A DNA stretch of 64,000 bases from Utricularia gibba. Its lineage: Eukaryota; Plantae; Magnoliophyta. A model generated the notes under the pieces. That model saw nothing but the letters and a program-made list of their open reading frames with translations. It searched no databases and was not told the DNA's origin. Each line of letters starts with the position of its first letter. Positions within the stretch are counted from its first letter, which is position 1. Shown in pieces: positions 36,100 to 49,551 of this stretch. The position numbers and the translations under genes are program-made. The DNA lies in assembly GCA_002189035.1 (NCBI GenBank), contig NEEC01000002.1:4464001-4528000 (forward strand), given 5' to 3'.

Positions 36100-39060
36100 A
36101 GAGAAGAAAGCTTATCAGCAGACAAGAGCCACCTGAGGAGAGAGAGAGTAGGGGTTTCAGAGATGCCTTCGACCAGAACGTGTCCACTGGGAGAGGGAAC
36201 ATCTTGGCTGATATCGATTTGGCTTTAAGAAATAGTGCTGGAGGGTCAGCAGGTACCCCGGTGTTGCGTTTCGACCCTTCTCGGATGAATTAATTAGGGA
36301 AGGACCAGAGAGGGATTTAGGGTCCTCAACGGACTACCCACATACGACGGAAAAGGGGACCCCATATCCAATGCAACCGACTTTGACATGAGGATGTCAA
36401 TGGCCCGACATTCGGAAGTCATGAAATGAAAATTGTTGGCGTGCTCGCTGCAAAAGGGAGCAAAGATTTGGTTCAAGCAGTTAGAACCGTGTAGTGTTGG
36501 GTCTTACTGGAGTTGGTGTTGCTCTTCACTACCCGATATGCTATCAACATCGAAGCTCCACCTTCAAAGGCAATGTTGTATTCTATTTGGTATGACCACC
36601 GAAAAGAGAGCTTGAGAAGATTCATCGACCAATTCAACTGCTTAGTGCAAGATGTTCAGTTGGATTTGAAGGAGAGGGTAGAAATAATGAAGCGGGCCCT
36701 AGGAACGTCAAAACAGGGGCAGAGTTTGTCTAAGTCCTAACCGAAAAATCTCAGAGAATTGCTAAAGTACATCCGGGTTGATGACGACCTCAAGGCTCAA
36801 ATGAAGAGCCGCATAGAAATCCGACCGATTTCGTAGCAAGAAGTGCAGCCCAACAGGGCCCCTTGACCGAATAAACGTTGAGAAGTGTATCAGATGGGAC
36901 CGATCAAAACGGACATCTAGTGTGAGATACACAAGACAACAGGGCATGATATTGTCGACTGTCGGGTAATGAAAAGGATGATTGAGCAATATCATGCTGT
37001 CACTGGGATGAACGGTGCGACCCAAGACCCCATGCAAAGGACAGAGCGAAAGAGGGGACGTAACAAACACCTGGGGAATGAAGGAGGCCGGTACTCGAAA
37101 TTCCCCCAAAACCACTAGGAGGTGCCCCACGCGCCAACAAAGGCCTGAATTCCGAAAGGAAACAAGACAGGCCGGAAAGTTCAAGAAACGCCAAACAGGC
37201 ACAACGTAAACCCCCTGATGTTCGGGAAATCCACATGGTATTTGGGGCACCGAAGTTGACGAATCAGGAAAAGCAAGGAAAAGGTGCTTGGAAGAAATAA
37301 GGAAGGGAGAAGTATTCGAAATTGGGAAAAATCAAACTGAAAGAGCTTCTTGGGAAAAAGAAGAAATCAACTTTTTTGAAAGAGACGTTCCCGTCAACCC
37401 AGCGACATGAAATGAACCTTTGATGGTAGCCGGGATATGCGGGAGCACCAAGGTAAGAAGAATTCTCATCGATCATGGATCCTCCTGGAACATTATGAAG
37501 AAAGAGGTTGCCGAATTACTCGCATCATTAAAGGAGGGGGATATTCGCCCGATTCGCATGGAGCTGTTCGCCTTTGATTAGCGGGCCATACAAACAGTCG
37601 GAAAAATAACATTACTCATAACATTTGGTGCTGAAGGTCGAAATCGGATGTAAAGGCTGGACTTCTTGATACTAGATTCGGAGGTTTCATACAACATCAT
37701 TCTCGGCCAACTCGGCATCAACCAATTCCGCATGTTACTTTCAACTATGCATCTGAAGGTTAAGTTTCCAACACCAAGGGGCATCTATACATTGGATATC
37801 GACCAATGGACCGCCCGATCCTGTTATGTGTCCTCTTGTCGAGACTCTTGTGCGAAAAAACCCAGAATAATGATGGTGGAAAAGGAACCCCGGGAACCTC
37901 CCAGGCAAGCAATGGAACCGGTGGGATACAAGTCACTGCAGTTAATACTGGGAGATACACAGAAGACGACCTGCATCGACATCAAGTTAAACACTGAGTT
38001 TGAAAAAAGGTTAGCAGAACTTCTAAGAAAGAATGACGATATTTTTGCCTAGACTGCTGCAGACTTTGTAGGTATCTAATGATCTGTTGCTGAGCATCAC
38101 AGAAAAAACAAGAGAGCTCTTGGAGGCCGGGTACATGAAGGAGATCCAGTACTCCAAATGGGTAGCCAACACGGTTGTTGTCCCAAAGCCTGGGGGAAAA
38201 TGGAGAATGTGTGTGGACTTCACCGACCTCAACGGGTGTTGTGAGAGGGATCTCTACCCCTTACCAAAGATAGACAAACTAGTAGATGACATTGCCGGAT
38301 CCCAATTTCTGAGCACCATGGATGCCTATTTTGGGTATTATGTGAACCCTACCCCTAGGGCTCTATCTATCAATATCGCCCGTTGCAGCCAGCGTAGTCT
38401 TGACAACCATCTCGGGAGACAAACACCTGCCGGTATATTATGTGAGCTAGGTCCTACTCCCGGCCGAAACTCGGTACACAGTAACAGAGAAATTCATCCT
38501 GGCTTTGAAAATGGCGGCCACTAAGCTGAAATCTTATTTTCAAGATCGGCATATCGTGTTATTTACCAACCAACCATTGAAAAACATTTTATCTCGACCC
38601 GAAATCTCTAGAAGGGTAGCCAAATGGGCGGTCGAGTTAAGCACAATGGACATTGAATTCATGTCAAGAACGGTGATCAAAGCCCAACCTCTAGCCGATT
38701 TTGTGGTCGAGATGATCAGACCTATTGATCGGTTCGTGGATACCAATGATCGATGGGCCATGTATGTCAACGGTTCAACATACAACGGGGTTGGAGGAGG
38801 AATAGACATCTGAACTCGGGACGGGGAACACTTTTATATCACAGTGAAATTCTTATTCCCTGCCTCCAACAATGTAGCTGAGTTGAAGGGATGAAAATTG
38901 CCAAGGAACTCAGAGTTGTGGAACTCAACGTTTACACCGACTCACGACTAGTGCAAGGACAATATTCGGGTGAGTATGAAACCCATTACACCCTAATGGC
39001 TTTGTATTGTGCTAGGGTGAAGGAGTTGGTGAAGACTTTGAAGGAGTTTACCTTATTGCA
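36100..39060 (+). pseudogene. Tat/Retand gag-pol remnant: gag, protease, partial RT, RNase H and additional archaeal-type RNase H
   Basis: ESLRRFIDQFN (gag); RRILIDHGSS (protease); WVANTVVVPKPGGKWRMCVDFTDLN (RT); TNQPLKNIL...KWAVEL...KAQPLADF (RH); WAMYVNGS...SNNVAE...YTDSRLV (aRH). Many stops. Confidence 0.9.
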
Positions 39061-39355
39061 GGTCTTATTGCAATTCTGTGATATACACAGAAGACTTATT
39101 GTGCTATCTCACAAAAATAATAGAAGAGAAAACATGCTCACTGGTTCATAAATTGGCCATAACAAAACTCATGCATTTCGTGCATCATGAAAAACATCCC
39201 ATGCTTGTACAGGAATTCCTCAACCATTCACAGAATCCTCTTGACCACAATGTCGTACTACCAAATTACTCCTAACTTAGACTACTGCCATAAAGATAAA
39301 AATAAAGATAAAAATAAAAATAAAATGAAAATAAAGATGAGGCAGTGCAACGATG

Positions 39356-41311
39356 TTAATTGATCAGGGAGGAGTCCTTCACTCCCTGTTTCAGTTCCTT
39401 CACTTCCCTTAACAAATCCCCAAGCCTGTCATAAACCATGTCAATTCGCTCTTTGCAGCAGCAGCCCTTTTCTTTCGTTCGGTTTGTGAGTGTTTGAGCA
39501 GAATTTCCTCCCTTTTCCTTCAATGGGGATTCTTTCCCGCATAACCCTGCAAGAGACCTAAAGACAAGCCCACTCCCTCGTGCCTGAATTAGTCCTGAAG
39601 TCTTAAGGAAATGAGCATTTAAAGGGACACTTTTTGGTTCAACATGAAACAATGCCAATTCTGTGATCCTATCCGCACACAGCACTCTAGCTAAGAATGT
39701 TACTACATTACCGAATCTGAGCTGATTGATGGTTCTACACCTGTAGTCACGGTTCATCTGTTCTGCTAAAATTGCACCTAGGTTCAAAGATTTTTTGTGC
39801 AGAAGACACCACAAAACAAACATCTCACGCTTATACAAGGAATTGAATCCTATAACACGTCCGAACAGAACATCAGAAATTAAGAGATGAACATATCTCG
39901 TGGCAGGATCAGTGAATAAATATGCCTTGGTGCCCTTAGATTTAAACTCGATGACAAACTGATCAGTCAACAATCCATACACCTCCTCAGCATCAAACTC
40001 ATCAGGATAATCAAATAATGATGTAGCAAAAGCATGCGAGTTCACATCATGTTCTGAGCAGAATCCTAGCACAACATTCCATTCAGCAAGAGAGAACGAA
40101 AACTCTTTTCCTAGCAATCTAAATGTCCCAGCAGCAGGTGTCAAAACTGTCTCAGGTTTTTCAAATAAAAAGGTAGCAGCAAATTCATAGGTTAACTCGA
40201 CATATGCAGGGTAGTTCATGTCACACAATATTAACAGATTTGTGCCCTCCAACATAGAATAAACATTCTCAACAATTCCTAATTCAACTAAAATTTCATT
40301 ATCAATTATATGACTAGGCATTACCTTGGCTCCCTTTACCTCATTGTACCTCTCTAATTGTTCCTCGTTGGTGAAATCAAGGTACTTCAGATTCAGCATG
40401 TCTGCATGGTGTTTAAAATAGGTGATTCCCTGGCTTGTCATCTTTCTGTGTGATTTCTGTTTCTCCTCTTCTGCATGTTTTCCTGAACTTAAAAACAATG
40501 GAACAAGGTTTGGTAGATATTTCTCCCATTTTGTCTCAATTTCTGCTTCAACATCCTCTTCCTTGTCCAACTCTTCTGCCTCTGGTTCAGGTTCTATTGT
40601 TTTCTTGGTTTTACTCATCCTTCTTGCAACAAGGCCTCCATCACCATCTTCTTCAGTCATTGTTGCAACGTCTGTTGCTGCTTCTTCTCCTCCCTGTTGA
40701 ACTTGCTCTCGAGTGTTGGGTTCCACCTCTATTTCTCCAGCCACTTCTTCCATCTTTTCTGAAGTGTCCTCATCACTTGGTGTCATCATTTCCACTTCAG
40801 GATTTGTCTCCTCCACTTCGTCTACCATGATCTTTTCTGCTGTTGCCTGTTTGGTGGTTTCTGTTGGCTTCCTTTGGGCCTTTCTCCCTGTCTTTTTCTT
40901 TTGATATACAATCTTCGGTTGCTTATCTGGTGCCTCCTCCACGACCAGTTTTCCTTTTCCCTTGTAACTCTTCCTCAATGCTTGCAATTTCTATTGGAGG
41001 TCAGGACTAGCAGGAGACTTTAACCGTGGGCTTCTCCTTTCCATCACTGGAGATCTCCCTGCTTTCAGAGAGGAAGTTCCACCCGATTTTGATGCATGTT
41101 GGAGAGCTTCCACACCCTGAAATGCTTCTTTAGCTGAGGTTGCGACTCTGGTTTGTTCCTGGTTAGGAGTAATAGTGACTGCCTTTTCAGTTTTCTTGCG
41201 TTTGCTGCTTTCAACAGCGATCTTCCTGTCCGATTTTGCAGCAGCAGCACTCTGATGTTGGCATTTTGCAAGCATCTTGTGAGATAATTTTTCTGCAACC
41301 CTCAAGAACAC
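39356..41311 (-). CDS. Athila extra ORF downstream of integrase (ATHILA ORF-1 / putative plant transposon protein-like); 543-codon open stretch plus an upstream in-frame 106-codon stretch, separated by one TAG
   Basis: TAG at 40993-40991 is followed in frame by AAA TTG. Core YPAYVELTYEFAATF...LNLGAILAEQM...FGNVVTFLARVL. Decayed homologues lie at 12120-12752 and about 57465-58400. Confidence 0.75.
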
Positions 41312-41619
41312 GATGAAGAGTTTTGAAACAAAGTGAACGTTACAAAGTAATTTACCCCTAAATTTTCAAAAGGGTTTGGGGGCAGTTTTGTAAAATCCTA
41401 ACAGTTAGTCGCAACCCTTGTACTTTACTTTCCTATAACCGCAATGCAACTCCCCCATTTTGCAAAAGGAACACGACACAGATTCTCCAAAATTACTCCT
41501 AGCTAAGTCTAAAAATGCAGAAGTAAAATAACAGGAAAATAAAACTAACAGAAATTAAACTTGGGTTGCCTCCCAAGAGCGTCCTTGTTTTCAGTCCTGG
41601 ACTAGACTTTCAGCAAATT

Positions 41620-44600
41620 CTACGTCGTTTCCGTGTCCCTTAGGACAAGAACTTCAACTTCTTCACCAAACCTGTTTTGAAGATTTTCATAAAAAATCTT
41701 CAACCTATGTCCATTCACAATAAAACTTGTGTTCGTCCCTCCATCATAAACCTCTACTGTTCCGTTTGGGAAAACTTCTTTCACTACAAATGGTCCAGTC
41801 CAACGAGATTTGAGTTTCCCTGGGTGTAACTTCAGTCTAGATTGAAACAGCAACACTTTTTGACCAACTTCGAAGGACCTCCTGGAAATATGCTTGTCGT
41901 GGTAACTTTTAGTCTTAGCTTTAAATAACTTTGAGCTTTCATACGCATCATTTCTCAGCTCTTCCAGTTCTGAGAGCTACAGTTTTCTTTGGCTTGCACT
42001 AAGACTTTCATCAAAGTTTAGCCTCTTCACTGCCCACCAGGCCTTGTGCTCTAATGCAGCAGGTAACCTGCAGGGTTTTCCATAAACTAGCCTGAATGAA
42101 GAGGTCCCAATTGGTGTTTTATATGCTGTTCGAATTGCCCATAAAGCATCCCTCAGTCTCAGACTCTAGTCCTTCCTGTTCGGGTTTACCACTTTCTCTA
42201 AAATCTGTTTAATCTCCCTGTTTGATACCTCCGTCTGGCCATTTGTTTGTGGATGGTATGCTGTTGATGGCTTGTACCAAACGTTGAACTGCTTCAATAC
42301 ACTTCTCAAGGCCTGATTATAAAAGTGCGTACCTCGGTCATTGATCAGCGCCTTGGGAGTCCCATATCGCACAAAAATGATATTACGCAGAAAATTTATC
42401 ACTGTCTTTGCGTCATCTGTCCTGGTAGGAATGGCTTCAATCCACTTTGAGACGTAATCAACAGCTACTAAAATATAGTTGTAGCCTGCAGAAGTGGGGA
42501 ATGGCCCCATAAAATCAATGCCCCAAACATCAAAATATTTCACATACCAGGATTCCTTGCTGAGGCATTTCGTCCCTATTGGATAAATTTCCCACTCTTT
42601 GGCATGGCTCACAACCCTTGCAATAAGCATAACAGTCTCTGAAGATGTGAGGCCAGTAGAATCCACAGTCCAAAATTTTCCTGGCTGTACGGTTTGGTCC
42701 ATGATGGCCACCAAACGGTCTTGCATGACAAGAATTGATAATTTTAGGAATTTCAAACTCATGAACACACCTTCTAATGACACCATCATTGCATCTCTTC
42801 CAAAGGTAAGGATCGTCCCAAATATAATATTTGGCGTCACTCTTCAATTTGTTCTTCATGTGATAATCAATTCCCGGCGGCATCACTCCTGCTGAAACAA
42901 AGTTAGCCAAGTCTGCAAACCACGGCTCACGAATATTAGTCCTAACTAAGAATAATTGTTCATCCGGAAATGTTTCAGTGATAGGACTATCATTCTTCAG
43001 CCCTTCCATCCTACTGAGATGGTTAGCGACCATGTTCTCTTTCCCAGGCCTGTCTTTAATTTCCACATCAAACTCCTGAACAAGGAGAACCCATCTGATC
43101 AATCGTGGTTTGGTCTCCTTCTTCTCCATCAAATGTTTTACTGCTGAATGGTCTGTGTAGACCACAATTTTGCTCCCTAGAAGATAGCAACAAAATTTCT
43201 CCAAAGCAAAAATTACAGCTAAAAATTCTCTTTCAGTCATAGTGTAATTTTTCTGAGCATCATCTAAAGTTTTGGAAGCATAAGAAATAACATGATGTTT
43301 CCCTCCAATTTTCTGTCCTAAAACCGCCCCTACAACATGACTACTAGCATCACAAATAATTTCGAAATCATACCTCCAGTTTGGTAGTTGAATCACAGGA
43401 GCAGTAGTCACAGCCTCTTTTAAGCAATTAAAAGCATTTTTGCATGAATCATCAAAAAGAAATTCCACATCATTATGCAAAAGTCTACTAAGAGGCAAGA
43501 CAATCTTAGAAAAATTCTGAATAAATCTTCTATAAAAACCAACATGTCCCAGAAATGATCTCACACCTTTAACATCAATTGGATACGGTAACTCAGTCAT
43601 AATTTCGATTTTTGCTTTGTCTACCTCAATTCCCTTCCTAGAAATAACATGGCCAAGCACAATTCCATGATCAACCATAAAATGACATTTTTCAGAATTA
43701 AGAACAAGATTTTTTTCAACACATTTTTGTAAAACCTGATCCAAATGGTCTAAACATGACTCATAATCCTCTCCATACACTGTAAAATCGTCCATAAAAA
43801 TTTCTATGAAATCCTCACCAAAGTTTGAGAAGATGCTGGTCATACACCTCTGGAAGGTAGTAGGGGCGTTGTACAACCCAAAGGGCATCCTTCTATAGGC
43901 ATAAGTCCCAAATGGACAGGTAAAAGTAGTCTTATCTTGATTCGTACCTGAAATTGCAACTTGGTTATATCCAGAATAACCATCTAAGAAACAATAAAAA
44001 GATTTTCCTGCTAATTTTTCGAGCATTTGATCAATGAAAGGTAAGGGGTAATTTTTCAGGCATATTTACCATGTAGAAATCTGCTGGAAACACTAGCTGC
44101 TCAATCTTCACAAGAACATCTTCAACCAAGCCCTTTGGAGAAATAACTCTTCCGTCAGCTAGTTCAATATGCACTCCCGAGGCTTGTAGAGGTCCTAACC
44201 GGAGAGTTTCATATACAGAAAAAGACATCACGTTTATAGAGGCTCCCAGGTCAGCCATTGCTCTCCTGATGTTCAGGTCACCTATTTTGCAAGGAATAAA
44301 AAATGTTCCAGGGTCCTTGCGTTTTTCAGGTAATTTCCAAGTCAAAAGGGCTGAACAACTCTCACTCATATTCACCTTGCCTTTTTCCTTCAATTTTGGC
44401 TTTGACATGCAGAGCTGCTTCAAGTACTTCACGCTCTTGGGCACCAAATCAATATACTCCAGCAATGTCAAATTTAATTGGGTATTTCCCAAGGCTCTCA
44501 ACATCTTTTCTTTTTCATTTTGCTCTTCTCTTGCCTTCAGCCTTCGTGGAAATGGTGGTGGGGTCACTTTTACCACGAGAGGTTCAGTAGCAATATCCAC

Positions 44601-46188
44601 CTCCTGTTCTTCAGCATCTTCTTCCACCTCAACTTCAGACTCTTCTACCGTCTCTAAATTACTCTTAGGTAGGACTAATTCTCTGCCAGGCTTTTCTTTC
44701 CCGCTCCTTAGTGTCATTGCGCTGATATTCTGTCCTCCCCCAGAGTTGGGATTCTGTTTGGCTTGCGACGGTAGGCTTCCTTTTTGCTTCAGCTCCCCAA
44801 CCTTTGTTGCTAGCTGAGTAACTTGAATTTCTAAATTCTTGATAGCTTGTTGGTTCTCAGCTTGGTTTTTGATTGATTGAGTCATGAAAGTCTTCAAAAT
44901 ATCCTCCAATGAAGTCCCAGAATTTCCTCCAGAATTATTCTGGTTTGGAGGCTGAAATTGCTGTTGCATCTGCTGGTTTGGCTTGCGAAATGATGGAGCT
45001 TGATAAGAACGTTGCTGCTGCTCCTAGAAATTCTGCTGAAATCCTTGCTGTCCAGCTGATGAACTCTCACCCTTGTAAGAATTATCATTGTTACTCCATC
45101 TGAAATTTGGATGATCCCTCCATCCAGGATTGTAGGTGTTCGAGTAGGGATCATATTTCTTCCTTTGTGGCTCCAAATATCCCATTGCCTTCACATGTTC
45201 TTCCTCCATCAATTCGGGACATTTATCAGCGATGTGTCCCATTCTGTGGCAGTTCCCGCAGGGATATTCTTAGCTTGGAATAAAAAGAGTTCCTTCATCA
45301 TCTCGGACATGGCTACCACATTTTTCGTCAGCTCATTTTCTGATGACTTTGGCTTGCATTCCAGCTCATATACTCTTCTATTCGAGGCCTGTTTTCTGAT
45401 TATATGCCTGGAATGCTCAGCCAACTCCTCAAGTAGCGCAAGAGCTTCTGTGGGAGTTTTTTTCCTGAAAAATCCACCTGCTGCAGAGTCCACCATGGCC
45501 CTATCTGTGCATAGAAGACCATCATAAAAATACTTGACCAATGCATTGGTCTGAAATCCGTGGTGTGGACAAGAGCCTAGCAGGTGATTAAAACGTTCCC
45601 AATATTCATGTAGAGATTCTCCACTTGTTTGCTCAATGTCACTGATCTCCTTCCTTATTCCTTCCGCTTTTGAAGCAGGGAAATATTTGCTGAGAAATAC
45701 TTTCTTCATCCCACTCCAATCTGTGATACTTCCAGGCTTCAAAGAGTTAAACCACGTTTTTGCACTCCCTTCCAGTGTAAATTGGAATGCCCTCAAACGG
45801 CATCCTCAGTCATACCAGCACTCTTAAAAGAGGTGCAAACAGCAGTCACGTTGTCAAGATGTTCATGTGGGTTCTCACCCACTTTTCCATAATACTTGGG
45901 CAGAAAATTAATCATAGCTGGCTTCAATTCATTGGCTGTGTCATCAGAGAACTTAATACACAGCCCTCTGTACGTATGGTCAGCTGCATCAAGCTCATTC
46001 AGAGTCTTCTCCTGTTCTGCCATATTGAAATTAGTTTGAGCAACAGCAGGGACTGTGCTCAACCTTGCTGCTTCTCTCACTCTTGTGCGGTTCTTGCTGA
46101 TAGTTCTCTCGATTTCTGGATGGAAAACAAGATCACCTGCACCAGAAGAACGCAAATGCATCAACCGAATCACAAAACAATTAAACAC
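41620..46188 (-). pseudogene. Athila gag-pol (gag, zinc knuckle, protease, RT lacking its N-terminus, RNase H, integrase), frameshifted
   Basis: AFQFTLEGSAKTWF; GHIADKC; AMADLGASINVM; [11 protein letters not shown]...FMDDF; [12 protein letters not shown]; [10 protein letters not shown]; GKLKSRWTGPF. The protease joins directly to LPFIDQML. Confidence 0.95.
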
Positions 46189-46191
46189 CGC

Positions 46192-46209
46192 TCCCCGGAA
46201 ACGGCGCCA
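46192..46209 (-). other. Primer-binding site of Athila A (TGGCGCCGTTTCCGGGGA)
   Basis: Immediately inside the LTR end (...TTTATCA-AAT-TGGCGCC); matches the Athila-type PBS consensus. Confidence 0.85.
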
Positions 46210-46212
46210 ATT

Positions 46213-47386
46213 TGATAAACGAAAAAATTGTACAAGTCGTTAATTGCAAATTTTCCTATCAAATAAATTTATAACCTAACCCACATTCAAGCATAAAACA
46301 ATTATGAGCATAGTGATTAGGGTCGAACACAAAGAGTAGGTGCTTGTCAAGTGATTAGCCAAAGCATGAAATTAGTGTCACGTTGGTAAAATTGGTCTTA
46401 ACTAGGACTAAATCAGGACTACAACGAAATACAGTAAAGAAAAGTAACAAGTTTGGATTCGGTAGTTTCTGAAATGGAATGGGTGATGCCTTGGGACTCC
46501 TAGGGGATGTATGCATATCACTAAACAAGCTCACATAAATAAAAAATCATTCAACTAACTCACAAGATCTAGGTGTACCCAGATTCTTGTTTTTCCCCCT
46601 AATCTTTGGTCTACCTCTAATTAGGGTTGTTAGTTGGGTTTCACTACCTCCCCCTCCTAGATCTATCCTGGTTTGCTAAAGAAGTAGTGTGACTTATGAT
46701 TTATGAAGTCTAAAGATGGATTAGCATATTTCTCCCTTCTCACCCCAAGGCATCCCCCTCTAAGTGCTTAGCTACTCATGGTAATGGAAAGTAAAACACC
46801 TTCATAGCAGATACTAAGCAACATCTTGGCTACAAATGCTAAACAAAAACGAGCAATATGAAGCAAAAGTAGGACAAACACTTCGTTCACACAGGAAATC
46901 CAAATCTAGTCTTAGCTATGAATAGTAAACATGAAGAACGAAAATAATTTCTCAAGAGAAGCTGTGTTCTTCTGGTTCGTCATCCCCTCCTTCTTCTTCC
47001 TCTAGAAAAATCTCCAGAAACTTGTCTTGAGTCTCCAAAGGGAGATCTCTTTCTCTCTCCACCTTTCCTCCCTTTTTGTCCAAAATCTTCCTTTTTTTCC
47101 TCCTTGGACTTTGTGTGTACTCTTCTTCAAACTTCTGTCACATTTCCTGCCACCACACTGTTCATACTCGGCTCCTTGGGATTTGTGTTGCGACCCATGC
47201 TGCATTGCTTGAAAGGAACTGTTAGAAGGTTTGGACTAAATCGCAGATTTAGTCCCAACTAAGACTAAAAGTGCACTCCTACAGTACTTATGTGCAAAAA
47301 TATAGAAACCGGCAATTAAGCTTAATTTTTGTAGCATAAAATGAGTAAATTCCATGCATTGAGCCACTCAAAAATATGTGTTATCA
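46213..47386 (-). repeat. Athila A 5' LTR, 1174 bp
   Basis: TGATAACAC...TTTATCA; homologous to 59228-60118. Confidence 0.9.
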
Positions 47387-47692
47387 GGTTTCGGTCAAAC
47401 CGACCTCTTCTATAAATAGGAGAAGTTCCTTGGAGGAAAGGGTTTAACTCTAAGCCCCCTAACCTGTATCTCCCCCCACTCTCGTCTAGTGAAGATATTT
47501 TCCGGCGAGCTCTAACTGCTTCGTAGTTTTTTCGTTCTCCTACGGTTTCCACATAAAAAATCTTCGTCCTTCTTTATTTTCATTAAACACATCAAGCAAA
47601 GCATAAAACCCATACTCCCGGGTTTGACGTCTATAGTGAACTCCATAACCCGAAAATCGGTTTTGACCCTAGTGCAATTTTTCCCCTTAACA

Positions 47693-49551
47693 ATGTCTTT
47701 CAATTCTAGTACTTCCTTATTCTTCTGCAATATTTTCAGATTGTTAAAGTTATAGTGCCCAAAACGTTTGTGCCAAAGGTTGCTTTGATACTGAAGTGAG
47801 AAAATACAATTTTTATGATCACTAACCAAGATTTGGTAGACGTTGTAGGTGGTCAACACAGCATGGAATTCAATTTTTGTTTTTGGATCAGCAACTTTAA
47901 CTTTTGGGGTTATACCACCAGCATTCCTTCATACGCTCAATGTCAAAACCTTGCCTACTCAATTGGCCAAAGCTCAATAGGTTCTGTTTGAGGTTTGGTG
48001 AATAATATACATCATCAACTTGAACAATTCCTTCTTTTAGCATGAGTAAAATGCTTCCTTTGCCCACAATGCCAATATTTTCACCAGTGGACGTGCTTAC
48101 CTCCTTCCCAATCTTTTCAAGCTGGAGAAATGATCTTGTATCACAACATACATGATTGGAGGTGTCAAAATCTAAATACCAGCCTTTAGCATCTGATACT
48201 ACTGTCATTAGAGCACACTCATAATCACAAGGATCTTCAAAAGATATTTCTGGCTCGTCTTTAAAGTAGGTAAAGGATGCATGTGATTTTTCATCCTTAG
48301 AAGTAGTCTTCTTGTTATGATCAACTTTGATTGGATTTGACATTCCACATATCTTGTCAAGATGGTCTCTTTGATTACATTTCGTGCACAAAGCATCAGG
48401 CTTCCACCAACAAAACTCACTCCTCTCATTCTGTTTGTTGCAATGCTTGCAAGCATTTGTGCTTAACGTCCAACAATCTTCACTCTTGTGGTTGGATTTA
48501 TCACAACGCCTGCACTTCTGATTACCCATGGTTGAAGTTGAGATTGACGTTGGTGATTGTTTGATGGCTGTTGACTTGACATCCTTGACATTGTTAGTTA
48601 CACCTGAGTTTATATTCATATTCTGCATTTTGGTGAGGAGAGCAACTTCATCATAAGTTTTCTCAACCTCATAACCATCTCTTAGTTCCAATCTCTTTTC
48701 TGTAGATTGCAACTCAATCATGAACTCTCTAAATGTTGGCTCTTGTGTAACAGGATATTCAGGATACAACTAATGAAGCTTTCCTTCAATAATGTCAAGG
48801 ATTTTTCTTTCTGTCTCAAGTGCACATAACTTTGACTCGAATCTTGCAGGTAGGCTCATGATTGCCTTGCTAATCACCTTTTAATCCTCAAGTTTTTCCC
48901 CTAATCCTCGAATCTCCTTCACAAGCTTTGTAGTACGTTCATAATAGACTTGTATGGTTTCATTGTCTAACATTTTGTTCCTCTCAAAGTCCTCCAGCTT
49001 GTTTTTGCATATTATCTCTTTGAGTTTGACATCACCGTCATAATGGGATTTGAGAGTATCCAATATTTCTTTCGCTGATTGACACTCTGCAATATCATCA
49101 AATAGATGTTTAGAAATGGCTTGATATAAGGCATCTAGTGCTTCATTTTTTCTTTGTTAAAGATACTCAGCTTCCTCTTACTGTTCTGATGTAGATTTTC
49201 TTGTTACTGTAATAGCCGGTATCTCCCTTTCAAAAACATCCCAAATCTTTCTGACTCAAAGGTAGCTAGGCATCTTTTTTACCCAACTTCCATACTCAGA
49301 ACCATCAAATATCGGAGGCCCTCTACCAAATGCCATCATAGTCACCGTTTGACAAGCTTTGGGTTGATACTTGGCCAACCACTAAGTGAAAAAGCCTGAA
49401 CAGTAAATAAAATACTGAAACGAACACAGGTTTGAGAACCCTACTGCTCTGATACTATGTTGATGCAAGAAAGATAGAGTCTTGGTAAGGAAAAAAGAGA
49501 TAATTCTTATGAGATCAACTTCAAGCTTTGGATTGAAACTGATCTCCAACA
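47693..49551 (-). mobile_element. Ty1/copia element A, 5' part: internally deleted LTR, PBS, gag with three zinc-knuckle-like motifs, protease and GAG-pre-integrase
   Basis: PPIFDGSEY gag start; WYLDFDTSNHVC protease; LWHKRFGH; PBS (iMet-type TAGTATCAGAGC) at 49446-49457; LTR at 49458-49551. Confidence 0.92.

Larger units (their letters stand above)
39070..47386 (-). mobile_element. Ty3/gypsy Athila element A: 5' LTR, PBS, gag-pol and extra ORF; 3' LTR missing
   Basis: LTR 46213-47386, an Athila-type PBS, pol motifs and a downstream extra ORF. Confidence 0.92.
35414..47692 (+). mobile_element. Ty3/gypsy Tat/Retand element inserted in copia A; LTR pieces at 35414-~35730 and 47387-47692; internally deleted and hosting an Athila element
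   Basis: TGTTGGGG...CCTTAACA ends with TSD ATGTC (35409-35413, 47693-47697). The uninterrupted copia site is visible at about 63406-63410. The two LTR pieces share a ~105-bp TATA-containing block. Confidence 0.88.

Noticed and set aside
39356-40987. Calling the Athila extra ORF an envelope gene
   Set aside because: No signal peptide or transmembrane segment is apparent.
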